Shown: in pieces, positions 10,690 through 21,399 of the stretch
Numbering within the stretch: the stretch's first letter is position 1
Layout of the letters: each line of letters opens with the position of its first letter
Source: an uncultured Flavobacteriales bacterium
GTDB lineage: Bacteria; Bacteroidota; Bacteroidia; Flavobacteriales_D; Crocinitomicaceae
Direction of reading: 5' to 3'
NCBI GenBank assembly: GCA_964389755.1
Contig: CAYMEW010000015.1
Coordinates: forward strand, 2,002 to 66,001
Length of the DNA: 64,000 nucleotides
The notes under the pieces: generated by a model
What the model saw: the letters and a program-made list of their open reading frames with translations, nothing else
Database searches by the model: none
Told to the model about the DNA's origin: nothing
Made by a program: the position numbers and the translations under genes

Positions 10690-11757
10690 TTATCGGGATG
10701 CACTAAACTTCCGCGTATTGCGATATAGGTACAGGAAAACCACCGGAAAATACAGGGATGTGAGCACTACTGCCAGGTACATTTCGCTCCGCAGAAAATA
10801 AACGATCAGGCCCGTTAAAAGAAATGCAAACAAACCGATCAGTGCAAAGATAAGCCAGACCTGCAGGTCATTTCTTCCGGCATAGACCAGGTGATGCGTG
10901 GTATGATCTTTTCCCCCGACCATCGGTGACTGGCCCCGGCGCAGGCGATTAATCACCACGGAAAGAGTATCGCTGGCAGCAGGTGAGAACGCCACGAGTA
11001 CGATCGGAATGGAGTACCAGGATGACACGGTGAGGTAATCGGGAATGTTCCACAGGGAATTGATGGCAAAGAAAGCCACAACGAGCCCGATGAACTGCGA
11101 ACCGGCGTCGCCCATAAAGATCTTTGCCGGATGAATATTATACCTTAAAAAGCCCATCAGCGCACCGAGGAGCACGATCAGTGTCTGGATCCAGAGGTCG
11201 AAATAAATTCCGTTGAAAATCCAGCTGTTGACCAGGCAGGCGCAGAGGATGAAAAAAACCGTCGTGGCCGTGATCCCGTCCATGTTATCGAGCATATTCA
11301 GGGAATTCATGATGATCACCACCCAGATCACCGTTACCAGCATGTCGGGAATAAAATAATGAAAAAGATGAATGTTGGTGCCGGTTACCGAAAGTAAAAG
11401 CCCACAGGAGATCTGTACAATGAGCTTGATCAGCGGCCGTGTATTGAAGGCATCGTCGGCCAGTCCCATTAGAAAAGCGAGCGATCCGGATAGCATGAAA
11501 CCGACATATTGCAGGTTTTGAAAGATGTTTTGGTCGCCTGCGAGAATGGCGTAGGCAATGGCACCGAAAATAAAGGCCACGAAAAAACTGATGCCGCCAA
11601 GTGATGGCTTCGACTGGTTGCTCCAGCGCACGATCACGTCGTTCTTATTGCGGATACCGAGGTTCCTCGAAAAATTTAAAAGCAAAAAATTACTGATCAG
11701 TGCGATCAGTACTCCGCCTGCTAAAAAGGCCGTGAGTAGCGTAGTTATTGCGATCAA
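10690..11757 (-). CDS. MraY/WecA-family polyprenyl-phosphate sugar-1-phosphate transferase (GT4)
   Basis: Polytopic membrane protein with NMLDNMDGI and DAGSQFIG motifs. First gene of the polysaccharide locus. Confidence 0.8.
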   Translation of the reverse strand: MIAITTLLTAFLAGGVLIALISNFLLLNFSRNLGIRNKNDVIVRWSNQSKPSLGGISFFVAFIFGAIAYAILAGDQNIFQNLQYVGFMLSGSLAFLMGLADDAFNTRPLIKLIVQISCGLLLSVTGTNIHLFHYFIPDMLVTVIWVVIIMNSLNMLDNMDGITATTVFFILCACLVNSWIFNGIYFDLWIQTLIVLLGALMGFLRYNIHPAKIFMGDAGSQFIGLVVAFFAINSLWNIPDYLTVSSWYSIPIVLVAFSPAASDTLSVVINRLRRGQSPMVGGKDHTTHHLVYAGRNDLQVWLIFALIGLFAFLLTGLIVYFLRSEMYLAVVLTSLYFPVVFLYLYRNTRKFSASR

Positions 11758-12314
11758 TGCTCGTATGTATAAGGCGATTCGAAATCTTTGAAATCCAATC
11801 CTTTTTGATCTTTCAAAGATATGACGGGCTCAGTTGTTTTCCAATTAATATTTAATGAATGATCGTTCCACTGTATTGTTTTTTCACAGTCAGGTTTGTA
11901 ATAATTGGTGCACTTATAGGCAAAGATCGTATTGTCTTCCAGCGTTTCGAAGCCGTGCGCAAAACCTTCCGGGATCCAGAACTGGCGCTTGTTCGAAGCG
12001 GATAATTCCACACTGACATGCTTCCCGTAAGTGGGGGAGCCGCGCCGTACATCCACGGCCACATCACGAACTGCCCCGCAAATCACACGCACGAGTTTTC
12101 CCTGTCCGAACGGGGGTGTCTGCAGGTGAAGACCGCGGATCACTCCCGCTGAAGAAAGCGATTCGTTATCCTGTACAAAACCAATTTCGGGAAGTCCGGT
12201 CTTTTCCCTGAAAAGACGTTCATTGAAACTTTCCATAAAGTAGCCGCGGTCATCTTCAAAAACGGCAGGTTCGAGTATTAAAAGGCCTTCTATCGGACAG
12301 TGTGTGATCTTCAT
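11754..12314 (-). CDS. rfbC: dTDP-4-dehydrorhamnose 3,5-epimerase
   Basis: FEDDRGYFMESF, RGLHLQ, QGKLVRV, WIPEGFAHGF motifs. Confidence 0.92.
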   Translation of the reverse strand: MKITHCPIEGLLILEPAVFEDDRGYFMESFNERLFREKTGLPEIGFVQDNESLSSAGVIRGLHLQTPPFGQGKLVRVICGAVRDVAVDVRRGSPTYGKHVSVELSASNKRQFWIPEGFAHGFETLEDNTIFAYKCTNYYKPDCEKTIQWNDHSLNINWKTTEPVISLKDQKGLDFKDFESPYTYEH

Positions 12315-14671
12315 TTTTTGCGCCTGGATTTGCGTTTGTTCTCTTCTTCATTTTCGTAATACCCGGCGGAATAGCCGTAACCGTATCCATATCCGTAGGC
12401 GTCGTTCCTGCTGCGTTTGGTTCCGTTGAGTATTACATTGAGGTTGCTGATACGCTGGTTGGTGTACAGTTCGCGTACGAGTTGCGTAAAGTTGCGCCGC
12501 GAATAGTGCGATTTGAACACGTACACCGGGATGTCCGCTTCCGCCAGGATCTTCACACCGTCCGATACCAGTCCGATCGGCGGATTGTCGAAAATGATCA
12601 TGTCGTAACGCTTTTTCAGTTCCATAACCACTTCCTCGAAACGCTTGTTAAGCAAAAGTTCCGATGGATTCGGAGGGATCGGACCGGCAGTGATGAAATC
12701 GAGTTTGTCGTTGTCCGTTTTTCGAATGCAGGCATCCAGGGTCGTTTGTCCGATGATCAGGTTACTGATCCCGTCCTGGTTCGGATGATCGAAGCCAAGG
12801 TGTACTTTGGGTTTGCGCAGGTCCAGATCCACGATCACCGTTCTTTTGCCGGAAAGGGCCAGAATGCCGCCGAGATTGAGAACCACGAAGGTCTTTCCTT
12901 CGCCGGAGATGGTACTGCTCACAGCGATGGTCTGCGCGTCGGGGCTGATGAAGTTCAGGTTTGCACGAATATTCCGAAGCGATTCGGCAAGCACAGACTT
13001 CGGGGAGTCAAATACCACCAGCTGCGAATAATCTCCCACGCCATTTACATGGGGAACCACCCCGAGAATGCCCGTGTTTTCCGGGAGCAACTTTTTGAGG
13101 TCGTCCACGGAATTAATTTCGTTGAAGGTGAGGTATTTGAATAACAGGATAACAAGTGCTATGAAAAAGCCAAGGAAAACGAACAAAGCGTAGATTAGTT
13201 TTTTATTCGGACTGGAAGGCGTGAAACTGACGCTCGGTTTGTTCAGAATGCGGTTGCTCGAAGCATATCCGGCGTCCGAGATAGCATATTGAACGCGTTT
13301 TTCGGTAAGCAGGGTTACGTATTTTTCATTCAATTCCTGGATGTTCTTGAGGCGTGAAAATTCCATCTTCTGCCGGGGCAGGGCATAATATTTCCCCTCG
13401 ATACTGGCGATCTTGTCATTGATCAGCCTGAAATTCGAACTGAGACGATCCTCAATAACTGAAATACTACGGCGGATCGACTGAATTTTAAGTTGGATCT
13501 TCGTATTAATGGCTTTCACTTCGCTGTTTTCCTCCGTGACCTCGAAAAGCAGGTCTTCCTTGCGTTCGAGCAATGCGTGCAGGTCGGCGATCTGTTTACT
13601 GAGCGACATTTCATAGCTTTTGCCCAGCATTTCAGGTAACAGCCGGTAGATCTCAAGCCGGTTAGGTTCACTGTTCAGCTTGGAATTCACCATGCGCAGG
13701 GTCGAGAGTTCTTCCTCGATACTGAATAACTGATCCTGCAATTTGTCAATGTTTTCTGAAAAACTCGTTCCGGCCAGTTCGGGATCCGGAAGGTTAGAAT
13801 TGCGCTGAAAGGCCATGAGGCTGTCTTTGGAATTCTTTAACTCCACCGACAGGGAATCGAGTTGCTGGTCAATGAACGATAAAATGTTCTCGGAACTTTT
13901 GCGCTTTCGTTCTTCGTCGTAGTCGAAAAAGGACTCTGCCACGGCGTTGACAACGTCGTAACTCAGTAAGGAATTGTAACTCTTGTAAGAGATCTGGATC
14001 GTCTTGGCGTCCATATCGACCGGGAAAACGGATAAGTTACCCAGCATGCGCGCCGAAAGGGAAGAGACGCTGTTGAAAATGAAATACAGTTCGTTTTCCT
14101 CCGACTCGGAAAGGAAGAGTTCGGGGTCGGGAGATTTAACCACGATGTCAAAATGCGGAGTGATCATATGGTCGTTCAGCGACGCAGTATCACTGAATTC
14201 CCGTCCGTTGAGCCGGTAATTGGCCCGGATTGTTTTGCCGTCAAAATGGATGTAAACCGGTACGTTGATCAACGAGGAATCATATAAGGCGTAAGGCTGC
14301 ACGTTGAACGAACTCGAAATGTACTTTTCTTCTGTCAATACCTGCCCGCGCGAATACAAACTGACGTTGAGGTTCATCCTGCCGATCGCTTTTTCAAAGA
14401 GCAACTGCGATTTCAATAGTTCGATCTCCGAAGAAATTGAATTCGTTTTGTTATTGACATTCTCCAGGTCAATGAGTTCCTTGGCGCGGTCTTTATTGTC
14501 CAGCTGGAGCAACATCGATGATTCGTAGACCGGTTTCGTGTAACGGAGGTACAGGAAGGCCACAGCATAACAAAGTCCCAGCGAAATAAGGATGACCCAC
14601 CAGTTGCGGCGCAAAACCGTCCGCAGGATCTGCGGGTTAAAATCTTTGTTTATAATGAATCCTTTATTCAA
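12311..14671 (-). CDS. Polysaccharide co-polymerase / BY-kinase (Wzc/GumC-like tyrosine autokinase)
   Basis: 786 aa. Wzz-type N-terminal TM plus coiled coil, Walker A (SSTISGEGKTF), C-terminal Tyr cluster (AYGYGYGYGYSAGYY). Confidence 0.88.
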   Translation of the reverse strand: MNKGFIINKDFNPQILRTVLRRNWWVILISLGLCYAVAFLYLRYTKPVYESSMLLQLDNKDRAKELIDLENVNNKTNSISSEIELLKSQLLFEKAIGRMNLNVSLYSRGQVLTEEKYISSSFNVQPYALYDSSLINVPVYIHFDGKTIRANYRLNGREFSDTASLNDHMITPHFDIVVKSPDPELFLSESEENELYFIFNSVSSLSARMLGNLSVFPVDMDAKTIQISYKSYNSLLSYDVVNAVAESFFDYDEERKRKSSENILSFIDQQLDSLSVELKNSKDSLMAFQRNSNLPDPELAGTSFSENIDKLQDQLFSIEEELSTLRMVNSKLNSEPNRLEIYRLLPEMLGKSYEMSLSKQIADLHALLERKEDLLFEVTEENSEVKAINTKIQLKIQSIRRSISVIEDRLSSNFRLINDKIASIEGKYYALPRQKMEFSRLKNIQELNEKYVTLLTEKRVQYAISDAGYASSNRILNKPSVSFTPSSPNKKLIYALFVFLGFFIALVILLFKYLTFNEINSVDDLKKLLPENTGILGVVPHVNGVGDYSQLVVFDSPKSVLAESLRNIRANLNFISPDAQTIAVSSTISGEGKTFVVLNLGGILALSGKRTVIVDLDLRKPKVHLGFDHPNQDGISNLIIGQTTLDACIRKTDNDKLDFITAGPIPPNPSELLLNKRFEEVVMELKKRYDMIIFDNPPIGLVSDGVKILAEADIPVYVFKSHYSRRNFTQLVRELYTNQRISNLNVILNGTKRSRNDAYGYGYGYGYSAGYYENEEENKRKSRRKK

Positions 14672-14677
14672 TGCTGC

Positions 14678-15475
14678 TTATTTGTTTACCGTAAAGAAGA
14701 AAGTAAAAATAATGAAAGCACTGGAAATGATAGACACAACCGGCGCTACCTCCTTGATGACTTCCTTGCCCACATCCGGTGTCGGCTCAATGTAAATGTA
14801 GTCGTTTGCCTGCACGATCATGTCGGCATACACCAACCCGTCGATCGTAGACAGGTCGATCCGGTATACCTCGCGTCCTGCGCTCGTTTTGCGCATCAGT
14901 TTGATCGTGTTCGCTTTCCCACGCTCGGTAATTCCGCCTGCCTGCGCAATGGCTTCCATGAGGGTCGTATTTGTGTTCTGAAGCGGGATCACCCGCGCAT
15001 CACTTCCGTTGCCAGGGAATACGATAACACGTTGATTTGTCACGCGTACCTGGATAAACGGAGACTGGTACTCGGCGGAATACAGTTTTTCCAGCGTATC
15101 CTCGCACTGGGCAATGGTTAGTCCTCCGACCTTCACCATCCCGAGGATCGGTAAGTTCGTTTTGCCTTCCTGGTTGACGATGTATTCCATATCTACCGGA
15201 GCGCTTCCTTCTTCCTGCCGGATGCCGGACATCCGTTCAAGGATCGGGGCCCCGTCTTTCGTGTTCAGTGAAAAAGCGATCTTGTCATCCGGGGAAATAC
15301 GGTATTCCTCCTTCGGACGCATCGGGATTGAATCGTACGTGAAATCACTGTTCTTCGGAGTTCGGAACATCAGGTTGGAATTGACTCCGCACGAAGTGAA
15401 CAGCAGCAACAGGAACAACACCGGGAGGTAGCAGTGACGAATGAGGTTTTTGTTATGTACGGACATGTTCAGCAA
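14678..15475 (-). CDS. Polysaccharide export outer-membrane protein (Wza family)
   Basis: YRISPDDKI and the PILGMVKVGGLT Poly_export motif, SLBB-like repeat, lipoprotein signal (LFTSCG). Confidence 0.85.
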   Translation of the reverse strand: MLNMSVHNKNLIRHCYLPVLFLLLLFTSCGVNSNLMFRTPKNSDFTYDSIPMRPKEEYRISPDDKIAFSLNTKDGAPILERMSGIRQEEGSAPVDMEYIVNQEGKTNLPILGMVKVGGLTIAQCEDTLEKLYSAEYQSPFIQVRVTNQRVIVFPGNGSDARVIPLQNTNTTLMEAIAQAGGITERGKANTIKLMRKTSAGREVYRIDLSTIDGLVYADMIVQANDYIYIEPTPDVGKEVIKEVAPVVSIISSAFIIFTFFFTVNK

Positions 15476-16661
15476 GCAATTTTCGATAATACTGTTTCAT
15501 TTCTGATACAAGTCTTGTATAGTGAAATTTGTCTTCTACGAAAGTACGCCCATTTTGTGACATAAATTCCCGTTTTTTTGGATCGTTAATAAGCGTCAGC
15601 ATCGCCGCGGCATATTTTTCGGCATCGTCTACAGGTACAATGATTCCGGAACGGCCGTCGTCCACCACGTTGCGTACTCCGCCCACATCGGTTGATATTA
15701 CGGCAACGCCCGAGGCTTGTGCTTCGATCAGGCTTACCGGCGTTCCCTCGTTGTGGGAGGTCAGGCAAATGAGGTCCATGCCCGCGTTGAAGGTCGCAAT
15801 ATCATGGATCCAACTCGTAAAATGAATGCGGGACGCATATTCCGGAAGTTCCGCCTTTACGAGCGATTCCAGCCGTGCGCGCTCCGTACCGTCGCCTACG
15901 ATAAACACGCGTAGTTCCTGTTCGCTTTTCGGAAAAACGCGTCGCAGTGCCTGTAGGAAGAGGTCGTGGTTTTTTACCGGAACCAGCCGCCCGATTATGG
16001 CAATGGCTACTTCCTGGTCAGACAACGAATAAGTCTGCCGGGTTTGCGCACGTTTGGATGCGCGATCGGTATAAAACTGTGCCAGGTCAAAACCCAGTGG
16101 AATAACCGTTATTTTTTCAGGAGGACAAATGCGGTGTACCTCGGACAATTCCTTTTTCTGAATGTCGGAGATCGCGATAATGCCGGTTGTGGAGCGGGCC
16201 AGCCTGCGTTCAATGTTTTTGTAAGCGAGCGTGGTAACGCGATTGAAGTACGAATGAAAAACGTGCCCGTGAAAGGTGTGTACGATCACCGGAACTCCTT
16301 TTTTGGCGGCTGCCCGACGCCCGAGTGCACCGGCTTTACTGGCATGGGTGTGAACGATATCGGGTTTATAGGCTTCAATGAGTTCGCAGATGCGCCGGTA
16401 GGCCTGCCGGTCCGAGCGGAAACGCGGCTTACGTTTCATTTCAGGCAATAGTTGCGGCTCCACACCGTAAGACTGCGGAATGTGCAGTGAGTCCGCTTCA
16501 CCTTTCTCCGGCATTCCGCCCACGAGCAGGGTCTCGAACTCTTCATCCATGAAGCGGGTGAGGAAGGTGGCGTTGTAAGTCGGGCCGCCGATGTTGAAAC
16601 GGTTTATGATACGTAAGATCCTGGTCATGAAAAGCTTTTTGTACAACGCTGCCGCGTGCAT
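15453..16661 (-). CDS. Glycosyltransferase family 4 (GT-B, GT1 superfamily)
   Basis: RFNIGGPTYNA, C-terminal EGTPVSLIEAQASG motif. The start may be Met at 16628 (MTRILRII). Confidence 0.8.
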   Translation of the reverse strand: MHAAALYKKLFMTRILRIINRFNIGGPTYNATFLTRFMDEEFETLLVGGMPEKGEADSLHIPQSYGVEPQLLPEMKRKPRFRSDRQAYRRICELIEAYKPDIVHTHASKAGALGRRAAAKKGVPVIVHTFHGHVFHSYFNRVTTLAYKNIERRLARSTTGIIAISDIQKKELSEVHRICPPEKITVIPLGFDLAQFYTDRASKRAQTRQTYSLSDQEVAIAIIGRLVPVKNHDLFLQALRRVFPKSEQELRVFIVGDGTERARLESLVKAELPEYASRIHFTSWIHDIATFNAGMDLICLTSHNEGTPVSLIEAQASGVAVISTDVGGVRNVVDDGRSGIIVPVDDAEKYAAAMLTLINDPKKREFMSQNGRTFVEDKFHYTRLVSEMKQYYRKLLAEHVRT

Positions 16662-16797
16662 TCAAAAATATATGATATTGACGTACCAGCCGGGCAAAAG
16701 GTGAATTAATTTCGCTATTCAGGCTGTCCTGTGGAAAAATTACGGCACGATTTTTCCCGCTACAGCGTTTAATCAGGAACTTTGTAAAAAGCACATC

Positions 16798-18264
16798 ATG
16801 AAAATGACCCGTTTCCTCGCCCTGTTCTTAATCTCCGGATTTCTATCCCCGCTTTGCGCGCAACAGGCGGTTCAGCAGGCAATTGACGGCTTTGTGTCAA
16901 ATAGCCAGTTTGCAAATGCTTCAATCTCTTTTTGCGCCGTGGATACCGAAACCGGCGAACAACTCGCGGCCTTCGATGCGCAGCGCTCCCTGCCAACGGC
17001 CTCCACGGCGAAACTGTTTGCGACTGCATCCGCTCTGGAACTGGCAGGGCCTACTTACCGTCCGCAAACGCGCTTTTACCTCGACGGAATGCTCACAACA
17101 GACAGTGTACTCGAAGGAAACCTCATCATTCGCGGCGGTGGCGACCCGACCTGCGGAAGCAAATACTTTAACGAAGAAGGGCACGAGTCCGATTTTCTGA
17201 AAACGATCGTTGACAGCCTGCTTGCGCGGGGTATTAAACACATTCGCGGGGCCGTTATTGCAGATGCTTCTGAATTCGGTTACGCCGGTGCACCAGACGG
17301 ATGGAACTGGTCCGACCTCGGAAATTACTACGGTGCAGGCCCTTCAGGACTGGTGATCTACGATAACATGCTCCGCTATAACTTTAAGACCGGCTCAAAA
17401 GTGGGCGCTCCTACTGAGTTGATCGGCCTGTTTCCGACCGTTCCGGATTTCATTTTTCACAATTATGTGACCTCGCAATCCGTTAGCGGAGATAACTCCT
17501 ATATCTATGGTGCACCCTATTCTCTCGACCGTTTCGCGACGGGTTCTCTGCCGCTTTCCAGGAGTTCCTTTATCGTAAAGGGAAGTATACCTGATCCGGA
17601 ATTGCAATTTGCTTACGAATTCGAACACGCGGCAGCTGTGAACGGACTTTCCGTGGAAGGAGGAGTTAACTCGGCCCGCAGGCTGGGAGACCGCGACTGG
17701 AAAGCAGATTATGATCGGCTGAAACTCATATATACACACCGCGGACCTTCCATACTGGAAATTACCTCGTGGACGAATATGCACAGTGTAAACCTCTTCG
17801 CCGAAGAATTGCTCTGCCTGGCGGGATATGTGAAGAATGGCAAAGGAGCAACCGCGGATGCGCTCGACTGCATCATGAATTACTGGTCTGCAAAGTTCAG
17901 TACCTCCGGGCTGTACCTGAACGACGGAAGCGGGCTCTCACGGACCAATGCGATCAGCGCCCGGCACTTTTGCGACTTGCTTACGGCAATGACACGCTCA
18001 AAGCATTATACGGATTTCTTATCCACACTACCCGTAGCCGGGGAATCGGGAACCTTGAAATATGTATGCCGTGGACAGGCCGGGCAGGGGAAAGTTATCG
18101 CCAAGAGTGGTACGATGTCGCGCATCAAGTCCTACGCCGGTTATGTTCATAGTACAAGTGGAAAGAAAATAGTCTTTGCCCTGATTATAAACAACTACAA
18201 TTGTTCCACATCCTATTGCGTGGACCAGATGGAAAAAGTGTTTAATGCCATGGCGCGCTACTGA
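16798..18264 (+). CDS. dacB: D-alanyl-D-alanine carboxypeptidase/endopeptidase (PBP4 family)
   Basis: Signal peptide, PTASTAKLF (SxxK), DGSGLSR (SxN region), KSGTM (KTG-like). Confidence 0.88.
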   Translation: MKMTRFLALFLISGFLSPLCAQQAVQQAIDGFVSNSQFANASISFCAVDTETGEQLAAFDAQRSLPTASTAKLFATASALELAGPTYRPQTRFYLDGMLTTDSVLEGNLIIRGGGDPTCGSKYFNEEGHESDFLKTIVDSLLARGIKHIRGAVIADASEFGYAGAPDGWNWSDLGNYYGAGPSGLVIYDNMLRYNFKTGSKVGAPTELIGLFPTVPDFIFHNYVTSQSVSGDNSYIYGAPYSLDRFATGSLPLSRSSFIVKGSIPDPELQFAYEFEHAAAVNGLSVEGGVNSARRLGDRDWKADYDRLKLIYTHRGPSILEITSWTNMHSVNLFAEELLCLAGYVKNGKGATADALDCIMNYWSAKFSTSGLYLNDGSGLSRTNAISARHFCDLLTAMTRSKHYTDFLSTLPVAGESGTLKYVCRGQAGQGKVIAKSGTMSRIKSYAGYVHSTSGKKIVFALIINNYNCSTSYCVDQMEKVFNAMARY

Positions 18265-19551
18265 TCACGGCCATTTGAAGATCCATGCCTTCGGTGAAAT
18301 TGCCTGAAGTGTAGACAGGTTAGAGCGGGCTTCTGCCGCAGTGGCGAACGAACGAATACTCACGAGGTACAGGTTGTCGAAACGACCCACGATCACGGAA
18401 GGATTTCCTTCAGAAGACAATTTATCTGCATAGCGATCGGCATTCGTTTTTTCCATAAAGGCACCGCCAATCACGTGATACGCTTTGCCTTCTTCAGGCG
18501 TGTTTGCGCTTTCCACCACCGGTTTTGCAGAACTTGTTTTTACAGATTCCTCCGGGCTTTCCCGGATGGTTTCGGGTGTTGTTTGCATTACCGGCCCGGT
18601 GGCAACGTTGCCGTTTTCGTCCGTGTTCATGTCCGATGAATCAGTATCGGCAATTACTTCGTAAGGACTATTTTCGTATGCGGTACTGTCTACCTCGGAA
18701 TTCGTATCTGTCGGCTCCTCGGCGACCTTAGTAGTATCGGCTGTGGACGCGTCGTTTCCGAATAAGGATGCCTTGATTTGTTCGTAGTTCAGCGAGCCGT
18801 AAATAACAATGGCGACCAGCACCAGGGCCAGGATCGGGAAGACCCAGATAGCGGTCCTCTTCCGTTTCTTTGCAGCCGGTTCATTAGGAACTCTCACGGC
18901 TTTCGGAGTTTTTTCCTTTTTTGGTACGGGTGCCGGCTTTGGAGTTTTGGGTGGAACAGGTGGAACGGCTGATGCTTCGGCTTTATCCTCTTTTTCCGTT
19001 TCCTTTACCCTTTCAATGGCTTCACGCTCTTCTTCGAGCCGGTTTCCGGCAATTTCGGCATCGGCCGTATTCGGGCGCGAAGTGGAATCGGGTACGATCT
19101 CTTCACTTTCTTCTTTTTCGGGTTCGCGCACAGGTTCCGAAGGTTGTGCCGTGGGCTCGTCCTGGGAAGGTGTTTCCATTACGGGTGTTTCCGTAACCAC
19201 GACGGTTTCATCACTTGCTTCGGAATTCCCGTTCGTTTCTTCCCAGTTTTTAAAACTGACCTCGCCGGAGGCATCTTTTACGAACGAACCGAAACGGTAC
19301 ATATCGTAAGAGTCTCCCTGTTCGAGTTTCTGCCGGATCTCGCGTACGTATTTCGATACCAGGTTTTTCGCATCATTCGGGTCCATGCCTTCGCGCTCGG
19401 CAATGTAATTAGCCAGCGCACCGTCATCGTGTTTCAGGTAGGGCATGAACATAATCTCCCCGGTGCTGTGGTCGGTGATCGTCAGCGCACCGAGACCGGG
19501 TATGATGATGGTATTCGTTTCTTTGAGAATTTGTAGCAAGTATTTATCCAT
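18265..19551 (-). CDS. HU-CCDC81-like N-domain / SPOR-domain protein with an acidic Pro/Glu-rich linker
   Basis: N-terminus IIIPGLGALT...YRFGSF, a central TM segment, and a C-terminal SPOR-like YHVIGGAF...YLVSIRSF. Start taken at MDKYLL. Confidence 0.7.
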   Translation of the reverse strand: MDKYLLQILKETNTIIIPGLGALTITDHSTGEIMFMPYLKHDDGALANYIAEREGMDPNDAKNLVSKYVREIRQKLEQGDSYDMYRFGSFVKDASGEVSFKNWEETNGNSEASDETVVVTETPVMETPSQDEPTAQPSEPVREPEKEESEEIVPDSTSRPNTADAEIAGNRLEEEREAIERVKETEKEDKAEASAVPPVPPKTPKPAPVPKKEKTPKAVRVPNEPAAKKRKRTAIWVFPILALVLVAIVIYGSLNYEQIKASLFGNDASTADTTKVAEEPTDTNSEVDSTAYENSPYEVIADTDSSDMNTDENGNVATGPVMQTTPETIRESPEESVKTSSAKPVVESANTPEEGKAYHVIGGAFMEKTNADRYADKLSSEGNPSVIVGRFDNLYLVSIRSFATAAEARSNLSTLQAISPKAWIFKWP

Positions 19552-19583
19552 GGTCAGCAAATGTTTCGGGAATTTATAAATAA

Positions 19584-20441
19584 TTATTGAAACATGTCCG
19601 AAAAGCGGAAAGTATCCTTCAGGCGCACACCTTTTTCAGTTTCCTGCAGCGTGCAGCACTCATTTACCGGGTCGTGTTCCAGGAACAGGATGTACTCTTC
19701 GCGGGCTGCTTTTGCCAGGAAAGCTTCCTTTTCTTTCAGGGTGATGAGCGGACGCGTATCGTATCCCATGACGTAAGGCAGCGGAATGTGTCCGGTACTC
19801 GGTAACAGATCGGCCATAAATACCAGTTTTTTCCCCTGGTAATTAATATGCGGGATCATCATGCTGTCGGTATGACCGTCTACAAAAAGCACGTCAAAAC
19901 CGTTGAACGCCTTCTCGGAAAAATCTCCGGTACGATCCACGAACTTCAGTTGCCCGCTTTCCTGGATCGGGAGAATGTTCTCCGCCAAAAAAGAAGCTTT
20001 TTCGCGTGCATTGGGTTCTGTGGCCCATTTCCAGTGATTCTCGTTACTCCAAAAGTGCGCATTCTTAAAGACCGGTTCAAAGCGTTCCCCGTCTCCCGTC
20101 CGCTTAATGGCACCGCCGCAATGATCGAAATGCAGGTGCGTCAGGAATACGTCCGTTACATCGTCCGGAGAGAATCCCAGTTTGTGCAGGTTGCCTTCCA
20201 GGCTGTCGTTGCCGTGCAGGTAATAATGCGAAAAGAATTTTTCGGATTGCTTGTCCCCGATACCCGTATCTACAAGAATCAGCTTGTTACCGTCTTCGAT
20301 CAAAATACTGCGCATCGCCCAGGAGCACATGTTGTTCTCATCGGCCGGGTTCGTTTTCTGCCAGAGTGTTTTCGGGACAACGCCGAACATGGCACCACCG
20401 TCCAGCTTAAAATTTCCGGTATTTAAAGGATGTATTCGCAT
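19584..20441 (-). CDS. MBL-fold metallo-hydrolase
   Basis: THLHFDHCGG (HxHxDH motif), VDGHTDSM. Confidence 0.8.
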   Translation of the reverse strand: MRIHPLNTGNFKLDGGAMFGVVPKTLWQKTNPADENNMCSWAMRSILIEDGNKLILVDTGIGDKQSEKFFSHYYLHGNDSLEGNLHKLGFSPDDVTDVFLTHLHFDHCGGAIKRTGDGERFEPVFKNAHFWSNENHWKWATEPNAREKASFLAENILPIQESGQLKFVDRTGDFSEKAFNGFDVLFVDGHTDSMMIPHINYQGKKLVFMADLLPSTGHIPLPYVMGYDTRPLITLKEKEAFLAKAAREEYILFLEHDPVNECCTLQETEKGVRLKDTFRFSDMFQ

Positions 20442-20535
20442 AAAGGACTTCGTTTGTCGTTCGATACAAAGATTGCGATTTTAATCGAAAAGCACCTGCC
20501 GCGATCTGTGAAATTCCCTTAAATATGAGCTTGCA

Positions 20536-21399
20536 TTACTGTGAGAAGAGCAGAAGCAGGATTGCGCTGATAGCCAACAGCAACCCTGCAATCTTTAGTC
20601 CGTTCAGCTTTTCCCTGAAAAGTAAGGCACCGCTCAGTGCGGAGAGAAGCACAATTCCCACATTGGTCAGGGCCAGCACGGTCGTATTCGTCCATCCTGT
20701 TTCACGGTAGGCGAGCAAAAGCAGGTAGATCGAAAAATAGTTCGGGATTCCAAGCACTACGCCTGCAAGCATATTTTTCAGTTTCCAGGGCTCTCCGTGC
20801 CTGAACCAGCGCCAGCCGATGACGAACAGCCCGATCAGTCCGGCAAAACCAAAACCGATGGCGGAGAACAGGGAAGGAGCCAACTCGTCGAGACGGGTCT
20901 GTAAACTGTAGTTCAGTAAAATGTCCAGTAAGCCGCTACCGAAGAATAGTACGAAAAGCATCCACGGCTGTTTGTTGCGCGGACTTCCCCTGCGTTGAAC
21001 AGAAATCAGAAGTACGGCTGTAAAGGCAGCAAGCATCCCGCTGATGCTTAGAAATGAAAGTGCTTCGTGGTAATAGAACAGCATGAACAGTGCTGAAACG
21101 GCCATGCTCATCTTCACAGCGATCGAAGTAATGGCCACACCGTTTAGCTGACTGCTCTTCCCGATGATCAGGAAAAGCGAAATGAATAACATTCCACAGG
21201 TAAGGCAGAACGGGATCCATTGTGTATGTTCAAGTGCGCCGGGCTGCCACTGATGTCCGAACAATATGAAACCGAAACTGAGCGCCGTGATGTAGTTGAA
21301 TACGATAGCCTGTAGCGTATTGATCCCGAAGCGTGGGAATAACCTGAAGAGGATCAGGATCAGTGTGGATGCAAAGATCGAAAAGAGAAAGGGGATCAT
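20536..21399 (-). CDS. Polytopic membrane protein, DMT/EamA-like transporter
   Basis: About ten hydrophobic segments; the two halves resemble each other. Confidence 0.55.
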   Translation of the reverse strand: MIPFLFSIFASTLILILFRLFPRFGINTLQAIVFNYITALSFGFILFGHQWQPGALEHTQWIPFCLTCGMLFISLFLIIGKSSQLNGVAITSIAVKMSMAVSALFMLFYYHEALSFLSISGMLAAFTAVLLISVQRRGSPRNKQPWMLFVLFFGSGLLDILLNYSLQTRLDELAPSLFSAIGFGFAGLIGLFVIGWRWFRHGEPWKLKNMLAGVVLGIPNYFSIYLLLLAYRETGWTNTTVLALTNVGIVLLSALSGALLFREKLNGLKIAGLLLAISAILLLLFSQ